DNA from: Cenarchaeum sp.
Lineage (GTDB): Archaea > Thermoproteota > Nitrososphaeria > Nitrososphaerales > Nitrosopumilaceae
DNA: 64,000 nucleotides
Direction: 5' to 3'
Assembly (NCBI GenBank): GCA_965242695.1
Contig: CBDESU010000002.1
Coordinates: 864,001 to 928,000, forward strand
Shown here piece by piece: positions 9,812 through 19,366 of the stretch. The notes under the pieces are model-generated. The model did no database searches. It was not told the DNA's origin and was given only the letters and a program-made list of their open reading frames with translations. Positions within the stretch are counted from its first letter, which is position 1, and every line of letters starts with the position of its first letter. Made by a program: the position numbers and the translations under genes.

Positions 9812-10798
9812 ATGGCCAGGTACGTGCGGCGCCTGCAGCGCATCGGCAGCAGCACCATGGTGTCGCTGCCAAAGGCGTGGGTCGATGCGAACGGGCTTGC
9901 CAAGAACGACGAGGTCGAGGTGCAGACGGCGCGCAGCTCGGTGACGGTGGTGCCCGGCGCGGGCAGGCGGCCTGCGAGGGAGATCGACATAACGTACCCG
10001 CTGCCGCCGGACGAGAACGTGGCGGCCGACCTGACCGGCGCGTACCTGCTCGGGTACGACACGATACGCATCAGGGGCGAGGGGCCGATCCCGGCGGGCG
10101 AGCGCGAAAAGATCCGCGCGTCCCTGCGCAGGCTCGCCGGCATGGAGATCGTGGAGGAGGACTCGGCAGAGGTCGCCGTCCAGTTCATGCTCGATGCGGC
10201 CGCGGTGAACCCGCAAAAGATACTCCGGCAGATGGGGCGCATAGTGCAGGGCATGTACGCGGACACGCTCGCCGGGATGGCCGCCGGGGCAAAGCGCAGG
10301 TCTGACCTGCGCGCGATGGCCGACCGCGACGACGAGGTCGACCGGCAGTACTTTCTGCTCGTGAGGCTCATACGCAGCGCCGTGGCGGGGGGGAGGCCGG
10401 TCGGCGCGTTCGACCTAGAGGTGATAGACATACTCGACTACAGGGTGGCCGCAAACCTGCTGGAGGGGGCGGGCGACGCCGTGGTGGAGCTTGCGGCGGC
10501 GGTCCACGCGTCGGCGATCCCGCCGCCGGGGCTCAGGGAGCTGCACTCGGCCGCCTCGGGTCTCGAGGATGCGGGGCGGGGGGCCGTCGAGGCGTTCGTC
10601 GCAAACGACCGCCAGCGCGCCGTCGAGGCGATAGTGCGGCACAGGGAGTTTGCCGAAGGCGTGCGCGGGATAAAGGAGAGCCTGGAGGGCGGATCGGCCG
10701 ACGTGCCGGCCGGATACCTGGATATCGTGTTTGCGCTCGAGCGCGCGGGCCGGGCCTGGGCCGACATTGCCGACCTCGTAAAGCCGGTGTACTCGTAG
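9812..10798 (+). CDS. phoU: AbrB-domain phosphate uptake regulator PhoU
   Basis: RRLQRIGSSTMVSLPKAW AbrB N-terminus; AYLLGYD; DRDDEVDRQYFLLVR; ERxxxxxADIAD. Confidence 0.9.
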   Translation: MARYVRRLQRIGSSTMVSLPKAWVDANGLAKNDEVEVQTARSSVTVVPGAGRRPAREIDITYPLPPDENVAADLTGAYLLGYDTIRIRGEGPIPAGEREKIRASLRRLAGMEIVEEDSAEVAVQFMLDAAAVNPQKILRQMGRIVQGMYADTLAGMAAGAKRRSDLRAMADRDDEVDRQYFLLVRLIRSAVAGGRPVGAFDLEVIDILDYRVAANLLEGAGDAVVELAAAVHASAIPPPGLRELHSAASGLEDAGRGAVEAFVANDRQRAVEAIVRHREFAEGVRGIKESLEGGSADVPAGYLDIVFALERAGRAWADIADLVKPVYS

Positions 10799-11174
10799 CG
10801 GCGGCCGCTGGCGCCGCGGACGCCCCGACATCTGGGCGGCGCTGGCTGGAGTAGGATGCGCAGGCGGTTGGGCCGCGGTTTGAATCCAGACGTTTCGGCA
10901 AGCGCGCGGGCAGGCGCATGGCGCGCGGCGCTTGCGCCCGCAGCAGCTGCTCCTTCTGCCCGCCGGCAATTGCCCTCTGGGTTTTCTAGGGATAATGCAG
11001 CGGGACGTGCCATACTGCCGTTTCAGTTCGCGGTTGACGGCGCCCCTGCCGTCTTGCCGGGCGAGGCCTGGCGCACCGCCTGCAGACTGCCTGTCCCTTC
11101 CAGCACCGTCGGTTCTCGCACTAGGACGCCGTCCACGCTTCCCGCAGGATGCTGCCGTCGTGCGCAGACATGGG

Positions 11175-11419
11175 GTCGCCGGCCCCTCCAATGTCCGCCC
11201 TCGGTGTCTCTCGGCCCTCTCGACCGACTCGACCTTCGTGTACGAGTCGCCGGCCCCTCCAATGTCCGCCCTCGGTGTCTCTCGGCCCTCTCGACCGACT
11301 CGACCTTCGTGTACGAGTCGCCGGCCCCTCCAATGTCCGCCCTCGGTGTCTCTCGGCCCTCTCGACCGACTCGACCTTCGTGTACGAGTCGCCGGCCCCT
11401 CCAATGTCCGCCCTCGGTG
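11175..11419. repeat. Perfect 71-bp tandem repeat, 3 copies + 32-bp partial
   Basis: Units start at 11175, 11246, 11317 and 11388 and are identical. A CGACTCG/CGAGTCG stem spans each unit junction. Confidence 0.97.
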
Positions 11420-11488
11420 ACTCCTAGACCGGCCAAGGTCGGATGGACCAAGGCACGATGAGCTGTGTTGACTGTGAGGATATTTTTA

Positions 11489-11560
11489 CGCCTAGTTGAC
11501 CAACTAAAATACCGCAAAGACAGGGCTGGACTGCGCTATACAGATTGGCCAAGGCGTATA
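11489..11560 (+). promoter_or_regulatory. Conserved upstream element of GHKL gene 1 (homologous to 16532-16603)
   Basis: CGCCTAGTTGACC, then 48 nt later TATACAGATTG.CCAA...GTATA, with the same spacing in both copies. Confidence 0.55.
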
Positions 11561-13302
11561 TACCGGCACGAGGCCAGCCCCGCCCATGCCACGGCTCGCA
11601 TCCGCCCATGCGCCCGGCCGGCCGGCCGCGCCGGCCAAGGCCGGCGGGAAGATTGACATAACGCCGGACAAGTCGCTGATTCGGAAACTGGGGTCCACAG
11701 GGTACCGTACATACGAGGCCCTGTCCGAGCTCATCGACAACTCGATCGATGCCCGTATGCAGGGGCCGATCAACATCCGCATCACGCTAGACTACGCCGG
11801 TCAGTCCATTGCAGTCTCCGACGACGGTGTTGGAATGGGGCTCGGCGAGCTTAGGGACGCAATGACCATAGCCAAGGAGACCGACTATCCGCGCGGCAAG
11901 AAGCTCGGAATGTTTGGCCTGGGCATGAAGACGGCATGCTCGTTTCTGGGCAAGACGTTTGCAATAACCACGTCAAAGCCCGACGCCGATCTAGAGTATG
12001 CAATAGAGTACGACGAGGGCGCATGGGAGAAGAGGGCCTCGGCCGGCTGGAAGAACTTTCCATACTCGACACAGGCGAAGATCGACAAGCGCGCCCATGG
12101 GACAAGCATCGAGATTTCAAAACTCAAGGTCCCGCTCTACCAAGAGCAGACCACCATCTTTAAAAAACGCTTCGGGGAACGATACGCAGAGTACATGCGT
12201 GACAAGCAGGCGGCCATCACAATCAACAGCGTCAGCTGCGCGCCCGTGTCCCCCGTGCTTGAGAAGGGCAGCGCCAAGCACTTCAAGGTGAAGACGTCCG
12301 CGGGCATGTTGCCTGCGCAAATCGGACTGCTGCTCCGCCGATCAGTGGTGGGCAGCTACGGCATAGACCTCTACTACAAGGGCAGGCTGATCAAGGCGCA
12401 CACCAGGTTTGGGATCAGGGATCATCCGGAGGTGGCCAAGGTTGTCGGCAGGATATCGCTCGATCACGTACCTGTAAACTTTTACAAGACAGGCTACATC
12501 ACGGAGTCACGCGAATACAAGGAGGCAGAGGACGCGTTCAGGAGCCATCCCGCAGTAAGGGGCATGATCAAGGGGCAAAGGAGCGGCGCGCCGCGGGCGC
12601 CGGCCGACTCGCAGGCCACATACGACTACATTCTGGGCCGCACGGCCGAGCCCCCGCGCATAGATCCCAGGCTTGGTCGCGACGCGTCGAAAAGGCTCCT
12701 CGACTCCCTGAAGCCGCTCGATTTTGCGACGAGCGGGCTAAGCGTGAGGGTCGGGTATGACGGTGCGGGCGGCGACCTGTACACGGCGACCTTGAAGGGC
12801 AAGCGCCTAGAAGTGACCATAAACACGCGCAGCCCCCTCTTTGCCACGGTCAAGAACCCCCTCTATCTTGTGGCGATGGCCGTGACAGAGGCCAAGGCAA
12901 TGGCGGCCGGCGGAGCCGGCATGATGTCCTTTTTCAAGGAGAGAAACAGGGCCATGTCGTCGCTCATAGGCGGCTGGTCACGCGGCGCCGCTGCCGGCGC
13001 CGGGCGCCCCGCCGCCCCGCCCGATGCGAAAGAGTACCGCCTTGCGTCCGACTTGGAAGACCTGTACTCTTTCCTTAACATGCACTACCCCTTCAAGTTC
13101 ACGTTCAGCGGCCTGTCTACCCTGCTAGACTATACCCACAACGCGCTCGGGTACCCCTTCTACTCACTCTACACGGAAAAGTCCCAGGGGGGATACCTAC
13201 TCGATGCGATTTTCAAGTGCGGGGGCGACTATGCGCCGCTCCTTGATCCCGTCGGCGACGATCTCAAGATGTTCTTCAACCTGGCAAGCTCCAAGCCCAT
13301 AG

Positions 13303-14759
13303 TATTGTTCACGTCATAAAGATTTGACTTATTTTACCCAAACTATTTGACGCGGTCAGGGTCTGCAAACAGTGGGATGTATTTTTTGGGCGACTTCGGT
13401 ACCGGTTGATCGCCGTATTTGCGGATTATATAATTCAACGCTCCTTCTTTACCATGTCGATTTTTTCTTCGCTTTATGTTTCGCCTGTATGCATACGGAC
13501 TTCTCAATAGATATTTCCAAAGGTTGAGGCGAGGGTTTAACATAGTGTTAAGGTATCTTAGTGTCTTCCGCCTCTTTTTTGTAATACTTGAAAAATATTC
13601 ATCATAGAACTCGGCAAGCTTGGTTTGGCGCCAATTTGCCTCCTGTAGACTCAAGTATGACGACCCCGGTGGAAGATAAAATATGATTATCATGTTTTCC
13701 ATCTTGTCAATGAAATCCTTTAGTTTCTTGGACTTGTGCCATCCTGCGTTGTCAGAGATCACCACGATTGGGCCGAATTCTTCGACCGCTTTTTTCAAAA
13801 GCTTGATGACACCATCAGTGTTGGCTGCGTCGTACATAACGTTGCAATGCCGAGCAACGCCATTTTTGTCGGGCTCGGTGGTCAGTCCCAGTGCGACACA
13901 CTTGGAACCCTCTCCAATGTAGGGCACCTTGACGGCCTCGCCCGGGGGCGACCAGTAGATCAGCTTGCCGTTCGCGTCTTGGTATACTATCATCTCGTCC
14001 TCGATCACCACTAGATAACCCTCTTTTTTGAGCGCCAAAATCTGGGGTAGGACCACTTTGCGCCAGTAGTAGACCTCGTGCGGTTCGGGCGATCCAACGT
14101 GTGCCTTCTCTGCCTTCTTTCCGGTCAGGCCTTCCTCGTGCAGTATGCGCAGGGCCTGCCTTTTGGACATTCTTAACTTGCACAGTTTGTACATTTCAGT
14201 GATAAGCTTGCGGGGGGTAATACGACCGCCGTTTTTCTTGATATTTTTGATCGCCTTTTTGACCAGTTTGCGATCATAAACGTGCGGTCGTCCCTGCCCG
14301 CCCTTATCGTACAGCCCGTTGACCCCCTTCAAGGTGAATCTTTTCATGTAATTTCTGACCGAACCTGTGGATACGCTTAGCTCTTCCGCGGTCATTTTGC
14401 AGGCCTTTGTTTTTTTCATTTTTGATTTTTTGATCTTTACGCGAACAGAATTAACAACTAGCATTCTTTTTAGAGCCCTTGGATCTTTCTCCACCTTGAT
14501 TGCTCTTTGGAGATTTCCTAACCTCATTGCCCGCCGACGCTCAGCGGGGTCTATTATATCTAGGCCTGCGTCCAAATGCCTAGAATGAAAAATTGAGTAT
14601 CAGCTTTTTAGTATAAATGATTAAAATCTATGGAATCAATTGATATCAAATCAAGTCCTGGGTGGAGTGTATGCAACCACATCGTCTGCAATCGATCGTT
14701 AATGGTTGATGGTTGGCTTGCTTCACAATTAGTGTCAAAACTTTATGTCCTAAACAATA
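13303..14759 (-). mobile_element. IS630-family insertion sequence (coordinates include both TA copies)
   Basis: 26-bp terminal IRs 13303-13328 and 14734-14759 (22/26 match), TA duplication, AT-rich relative to flanks. Confidence 0.92.
13343..14575 (-). CDS. IS630 family DDE transposase
   Basis: HTH N-terminus, IEDE, SDNAGWHKS, LPPGSSYLSLQEANW. Confidence 0.9.
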   Translation of the reverse strand: MDAGLDIIDPAERRRAMRLGNLQRAIKVEKDPRALKRMLVVNSVRVKIKKSKMKKTKACKMTAEELSVSTGSVRNYMKRFTLKGVNGLYDKGGQGRPHVYDRKLVKKAIKNIKKNGGRITPRKLITEMYKLCKLRMSKRQALRILHEEGLTGKKAEKAHVGSPEPHEVYYWRKVVLPQILALKKEGYLVVIEDEMIVYQDANGKLIYWSPPGEAVKVPYIGEGSKCVALGLTTEPDKNGVARHCNVMYDAANTDGVIKLLKKAVEEFGPIVVISDNAGWHKSKKLKDFIDKMENMIIIFYLPPGSSYLSLQEANWRQTKLAEFYDEYFSSITKKRRKTLRYLNTMLNPRLNLWKYLLRSPYAYRRNIKRRKNRHGKEGALNYIIRKYGDQPVPKSPKKYIPLFADPDRVK

Positions 14760-15004
14760 GTAGTGCGGGAATTCCCGCCAAGCGAGATAGCGGCGCCGCT
14801 GGCCCCGCCCGCACGGGCGTGGATGGACCTGTTCCGAGAGGCATCGCGCTACCGCATGCCCCTTGCCACCGAGGACCTGTCGTCCACGCTGGAGGGGCTG
14901 CGGGACAGGCGCCTGCTGGCCAAGGGCGATCTTCTGCCCGTCCTGAAGCGCCGCGGCAAGCAGGACATGGCAATGTCTATTATCGAGCAGGTGTTTGCGG
15001 CGCA

Positions 15005-16084
15005 ATGAAGCGCGTCTACGGCGGCATTCTAAACGCCGCATTCTTGCAGGGTGCGGCTTCGAGGGCGGGGCTCAGGGACGCATCGCTGCTTGAAGATTTT
15101 GTGATGGACTTTGAGCTGCACAGCATCATCGGCGGCAAGCTTGCCGTATGCCTGCGCGGCGGCATGGCCACCCCCTTCTACATCGATCGGGGGGCGGTGC
15201 GCCTCAGCAAGGACATCGATCTGTTCGTATTCGAGGAGTTGGAGGTTACTAGGGCGAAAGTGCGCGAGCTGGCAGCCGAACAGGCCGCTAGCGGCGTGGT
15301 GATCGAAGAGCAGGCGGCCAGCCCCAAGCTTGCCCACCTGCCGCTGCTACAGTACCGCATAAGGTACGACTCTGTCTCCGGCACCACCCGCGACATAAAG
15401 GCCGACCTTTTCTGCAGCCCCGAGCTGAAGGACATCCCCGTCACGACCCGCAAAAGCGGAGCCGATTTGAGGCACTTTGCGACAAGACACGAGGTGGTTC
15501 TGCTTGACCACCACGCACTGATTGCCGACAAGCTTACCTCTCTGTCAGAAAAGACGGTGGGGTACAGCGCTGCTAGGAGGAGGGAGTTCCACAAGCAGGT
15601 GTACGATATCGCCTCGCTCTTGCGGGCCCTGTCCCGCATTGATCCTCGAAAATTGATCGAAGCGTACAACCTTCTTGCGACCAGAAAGGGCGCGCCTTCG
15701 CCCGAAACGCCCGCGGGGCAATTTTCCCCCGCTGCAATAGTTGAGGATGTTGTGGAGACTATACTCCGGCTGTCCGACCTTGACAACGGTCGTCCTCTGC
15801 AGGGCTTTGCCAAGGGCTACGCCGAATTTCAGATGTACTATCTCGGTGACACGCCGCGTCACCCCTCGACGCAGTACACAGATGCGCTGCTGATAGCGTT
15901 GTTTGCAAAGCGACTGCTGGGAATGCTTAAGAACGAGCTCAGTCCAGAGTCAATGCAGGACCGCCACGACCAGACAGTTCGCATCATATTATCGCTGAAG
16001 GAACCGCATCTGGAAAAGGCGACCGCCAAGATTGTCAAGGACGCTATCAAAGCCAACGATCCGCTGCCCAATCGGTATGCCTGA
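15005..16084 (+). CDS. AbiEii/AbiGii-type nucleotidyltransferase toxin
   Basis: LRGGMA...RLSKDIDL, ADKL, KQVYDI; ATGA overlap with the stop of GHKL copy 1. Confidence 0.85.
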   Translation: MKRVYGGILNAAFLQGAASRAGLRDASLLEDFVMDFELHSIIGGKLAVCLRGGMATPFYIDRGAVRLSKDIDLFVFEELEVTRAKVRELAAEQAASGVVIEEQAASPKLAHLPLLQYRIRYDSVSGTTRDIKADLFCSPELKDIPVTTRKSGADLRHFATRHEVVLLDHHALIADKLTSLSEKTVGYSAARRREFHKQVYDIASLLRALSRIDPRKLIEAYNLLATRKGAPSPETPAGQFSPAAIVEDVVETILRLSDLDNGRPLQGFAKGYAEFQMYYLGDTPRHPSTQYTDALLIALFAKRLLGMLKNELSPESMQDRHDQTVRIILSLKEPHLEKATAKIVKDAIKANDPLPNRYA

Positions 16085-16531
16085 ATGCATCCCTCCGTTG
16101 CCTACCTGACCCACTTGATTAGAACCGAATGACAATATGGCCACAACACGAGCGCCTGCTTTTGCCGCGCACTGCCACATGTCGCCGCGCACTGCCGCCT
16201 GTCGGGGTCTTGCATTGGCGACGTGGACACGCAGCACAGCCGGCGCATTCCGAAACCAACGCCGCAGAACGAGCCAGTAAACGGGACATTTGTTGGACGG
16301 TATGGCAGTGCATGATCGCAGAGTTGCCCGATCGACGACGGGCGGATCAGGCGTGCCATTCTCGAGGCCCCGTGCCATCCGTCCTGCAACTCCCTGCCTG
16401 CGCAGATGCGCGACGGTTCGCGTCCTTGAGCATGCAGCCGGGCGCCTCGACGTCATAGCCGAGCGGTTGCCTGTCCTGCGAGGACTGCAACACGGCAGTC
16501 TGCATGCCACGCGTCCCGACACGGCATCATG

Positions 16532-16603
16532 CGCCTAGTTGACCGACCATGATGCTGCAAAAAATGGACAAAAATGCACTATACAGATTGTCCAAACTGT
16601 ATA
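16532..16603 (+). promoter_or_regulatory. Conserved upstream element of GHKL gene 2 with TATACAG-N10-CTGTATA inverted repeat
   Basis: Matches 11489-11560; perfect 7-bp IR at 16580-16586/16597-16603. Confidence 0.55.
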
Positions 16604-16791
16604 GGGCCGTTCACTGTACCGCCGTGCAGGACAGGCCTAGCACGACTGCGAGCGGCCCCTCCCGGCGGAGTCGTCGCTAGGCCTTGGCCGGGCCGTTGCT
16701 ATAGTGTTTTGTCAACTTGTAAATGCAAAATTTCCTTAAAATTGCACCAATGGTTGATAAACCATATATGCTAGAGCTGGCGCGCCCGGCC

Positions 16792-18825
16792 ATGGGCGGC
16801 AAAGAGAGGGCCGCCCCTGCGCGCACCGCCAGCAGGCGCCCCGCCAAGCCGCCGCCAGGGCCTGCGGTTTCGCAGAAAGCGGGCCGGCCGGCCGCCAGCG
16901 GGCGCCTTGACATTACACCGGACAAGTCGCTGATCAGAAAGCTCGGCTCGACCGGCTACCGCACCTACGATGCGATATCCGAGCTGGTCGACAACTCGAT
17001 TGATGCGCGGGGTGGGCGCAAAGTCGTCGTCAGAGTGTCTATCGACTACGCTGGCGGCTCAATAGGCGTCGAGGACGACGGATTGGGCATGGGCCTTGCC
17101 GAGCTAAAGGATGCCATGACGGTGGCCAAGGAGTCGGCGCACCCGCGAGGCAGGCGCCTCGGCATGTTTGGACTCGGCATGAAGACGGCCTGCTCGTTTC
17201 TGGGACGCTCGTTCTCGGTCGCCACATCAAAGGCCGGCTCCGGCACCGAGTACATCGTCGAGTACGACGAAGACGACTGGGAGGGAAACGAGTCGGTCGG
17301 ATGGCGGAGCTTTCCGTATACGGCGCGCAAAAAATCGGATCCGGCCGCCCACGGCACGCGCGTGCTCATAGGCAAGGTGCGCGTTCCGGTCTACGCAGAG
17401 CAGACCACCGTCTTCAAGAAGCGGCTGGGGGAAAGATACGCCGGGTACGTGCAGCAGGGGCAGGCCGAAATCCGCATCAACAGTGTCGTGTGCGAGCCGG
17501 TGTCGCACAAGCTGGCAGACGGCAGCGTCCGCGAGTTTGAGATCAAGACGTCGGCCGGGCCGATGCCGGCATGGATCGGCATGCTCGAGCGCAGATCGGT
17601 GGTGGGGAGCTACGGAATAGACCTGTACTACAGGAACCGCCTGATCAAGCTGCACTCAAAGTTCGGCATCAGGCGCCACCCCGACATGGCGCGGATCGTC
17701 GGCCGGATCTCGCTCGACCACGTTCCCATAAACTTCCACAAGACGGACTTTATCGTAGAGTCGGCCGAGTATGCCGAGGCCGAGAGGGCGTTCAGGGAGC
17801 ATCCCGCAGTGAAGGAGGCGGCGAAGGCGCAAAGGCAGGGCAGCGGCGTCGAGGATGCCGCTCCCGCCGCCGGGGTGTACGACTACCTGCTTGGCAGGAC
17901 GGACGACCCTGCCCCAATCGCACTGCGGATGGGGCGGGCCGCATCGCAACGGCTGCTCGGCGCCCTGCGCCCCGCTAGGTTCAGGGTGGGCGGCAGGACG
18001 GTGCGCATCGACTATGCGGACTCGGGCGGGGCCCCGTATGCAGTAGAGATGCGCGGCTCCGCAGTCAGGGTCACCGTCAACAGGAAAAGCCGGTTGTTCT
18101 CGGCGGTGGCCAACCCCTTGTACCTTGTCGCCCTTGCCGTGGCGGAGGCCAGGGCGCTGTGCACCGCCGAGGGGGACATGGGAGACTTTCTAGGCGAGAG
18201 GTCGCGAATCTGGACCTGCTCCATGGAGGGATGGATTCCCGCGAAGCAAGAGGCAGTAGCAGGGAGCCGGCGGCAGCGGCGCAGGGCCGCGCTCGACGGG
18301 TACCGCCTTTCCCGCCGACTCGAAGGCCTCGGGTCGTTCCTGGAGAGGCGGTACGAGTTTGTCTTCGAGTTCAGCGGCCTCAGCACCCTAGAAGCGTACA
18401 CGCACAACGTGCTTGGCACCCCAATCTATTCTCTGTACACCGAAAAGGGCCAGGCCAAGTATCTGCGCGACTTGGTGATGGAGCACGACAACGCCATTGT
18501 CCCCGTTGTTGGGCCGAACGGTGACGGTATGGGGACGCTGCTTGATGCGAACCGCGGCCGACCGTTTGTGGCCATACGAGAATACGCCAAGGGGAGCCTC
18601 CGGCGCGGCCTGGCCGCGCCGGCAAAGGCGTGGATGGACCTGCTCAGGGAGGTGCGCTACCACCACATGCCGATGCTGGATGAGGATCTTGCCGCGATCC
18701 TGCTGCGGCTCAGGGAGCGAGGACTAGCGAGTATATCCGAGCTGGAGGCCGTGGCCAGAAGGCGCGGCAAGATCTCCGACCTGCGCGAGTTCGCCGACGA
18801 TGTGTTCGGCCGGGAGCTGGGCTAG
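16792..18825 (+). CDS. MORC-like GHKL ATPase with AbiEi-like C-terminus, copy 2 (intact; start could be 16768)
   Basis: SELVDNSIDA, DDGLGM, GMFGLGMKTA, HGT; C-terminal FSGLSTL...AAPAKAWMDLL...ARRRGK. Confidence 0.88.
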   Translation: MGGKERAAPARTASRRPAKPPPGPAVSQKAGRPAASGRLDITPDKSLIRKLGSTGYRTYDAISELVDNSIDARGGRKVVVRVSIDYAGGSIGVEDDGLGMGLAELKDAMTVAKESAHPRGRRLGMFGLGMKTACSFLGRSFSVATSKAGSGTEYIVEYDEDDWEGNESVGWRSFPYTARKKSDPAAHGTRVLIGKVRVPVYAEQTTVFKKRLGERYAGYVQQGQAEIRINSVVCEPVSHKLADGSVREFEIKTSAGPMPAWIGMLERRSVVGSYGIDLYYRNRLIKLHSKFGIRRHPDMARIVGRISLDHVPINFHKTDFIVESAEYAEAERAFREHPAVKEAAKAQRQGSGVEDAAPAAGVYDYLLGRTDDPAPIALRMGRAASQRLLGALRPARFRVGGRTVRIDYADSGGAPYAVEMRGSAVRVTVNRKSRLFSAVANPLYLVALAVAEARALCTAEGDMGDFLGERSRIWTCSMEGWIPAKQEAVAGSRRQRRRAALDGYRLSRRLEGLGSFLERRYEFVFEFSGLSTLEAYTHNVLGTPIYSLYTEKGQAKYLRDLVMEHDNAIVPVVGPNGDGMGTLLDANRGRPFVAIREYAKGSLRRGLAAPAKAWMDLLREVRYHHMPMLDEDLAAILLRLRERGLASISELEAVARRRGKISDLREFADDVFGRELG

Positions 18826-19340
18826 CCGCGCGGCCGGCCGCCCCTTGCCGCGTACGTCAGCACGGAGCAGATCGTCTTGGAGTCTTTGATCCGGCCCGTC
18901 CTTATCATCGACATCAACCTGTCTAGGCCCATCCGCACGACCGTGATCTTCTCGTCGTCGTCGGGGTTGCTCGGCGCCGGCCTCAGCCCCGTGGCGACGT
19001 AGCAGTGTATGATCTCGGTGTTGTACCCGATCGACGGGTAGAACGAGAGCAGGCGGGACATTCTCGAGGCCCTGTACCCCGTCTCCTCCTGCAGCTCCCT
19101 GATCGCGCACTCGCGCGGCTTCTCGCCCCTCTCGAGCGTGCCGGCGGGCACCTCGAGCGCCTCGCCGTGCGGGTACCTGTCCTGCCTGACGAGGACGACC
19201 CTGCCGTCCCCGTCGAACGGCAGCACGGCCGCCGCGCCCGGGTGCTCGACTATCTCGCGCGTGGCCGCGCGGCCGCCGACCCTGATGTTGTGGACGCTCA
19301 GGCCGACGATCCTGCCCCTGTAGATTCTCTTTGATGCCGT
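18822..19340 (-). CDS. NUDIX hydrolase (ADP-ribose pyrophosphatase-like); start uncertain
   Basis: REIVEHPGAAAV, PAGTLERGEKPRECAIRELQEETGY Nudix box, IKDSKT. Confidence 0.88.
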   Translation of the reverse strand, partial: TASKRIYRGRIVGLSVHNIRVGGRAATREIVEHPGAAAVLPFDGDGRVVLVRQDRYPHGEALEVPAGTLERGEKPRECAIRELQEETGYRASRMSRLLSFYPSIGYNTEIIHCYVATGLRPAPSNPDDDEKITVVRMGLDRLMSMIRTGRIKDSKTICSVLTYAARGGRPRG

Positions 19341-19366
19341 GCCGCGCCGGCCGCCGGCGCGTATAA

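Larger units (their letters stand above)
11586..15008 (+). pseudogene. MORC-like GHKL ATPase with AbiEi-like C-terminus, copy 1, split by IS630
   Basis: SELIDNSIDA, DDGVGM, GMFGLGMKTA, HGT motifs and an S5-like GIDLYYKGRLI. Joining 11586..13304 to 14760..15008 gives a 655-aa ORF (KPIVVVREF) colinear with the paralog. Confidence 0.88.

Noticed and set aside
9751-10431. Long N-terminus on pantoate kinase
   Set aside because: It is antisense to phoU; the family starts at MAQRGAGAAFCPAH.
11175-11419. CRISPR array (32-bp repeat + 39-bp spacer geometry)
   Set aside because: All 'spacers' are identical, there is no typical repeat end motif and no cas operon; it is a plain tandem repeat.
10415-11517. 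Several ORFs spanning the 71-bp array
   Set aside because: They stay open only because the repeat lacks stops; the 71-nt period cycles through frames and the products are low-complexity.
14630-15004. N-terminal extension of the 484-aa ORF 14630..16084
   Set aside because: It starts inside IS630 and overlaps the GHKL tail; the ATGA-coupled start at 15005 fits better.
16085-16531. Short ORFs between AbiEii and GHKL copy 2
   Set aside because: Overlapping short frames with no motifs; no gene can be supported.
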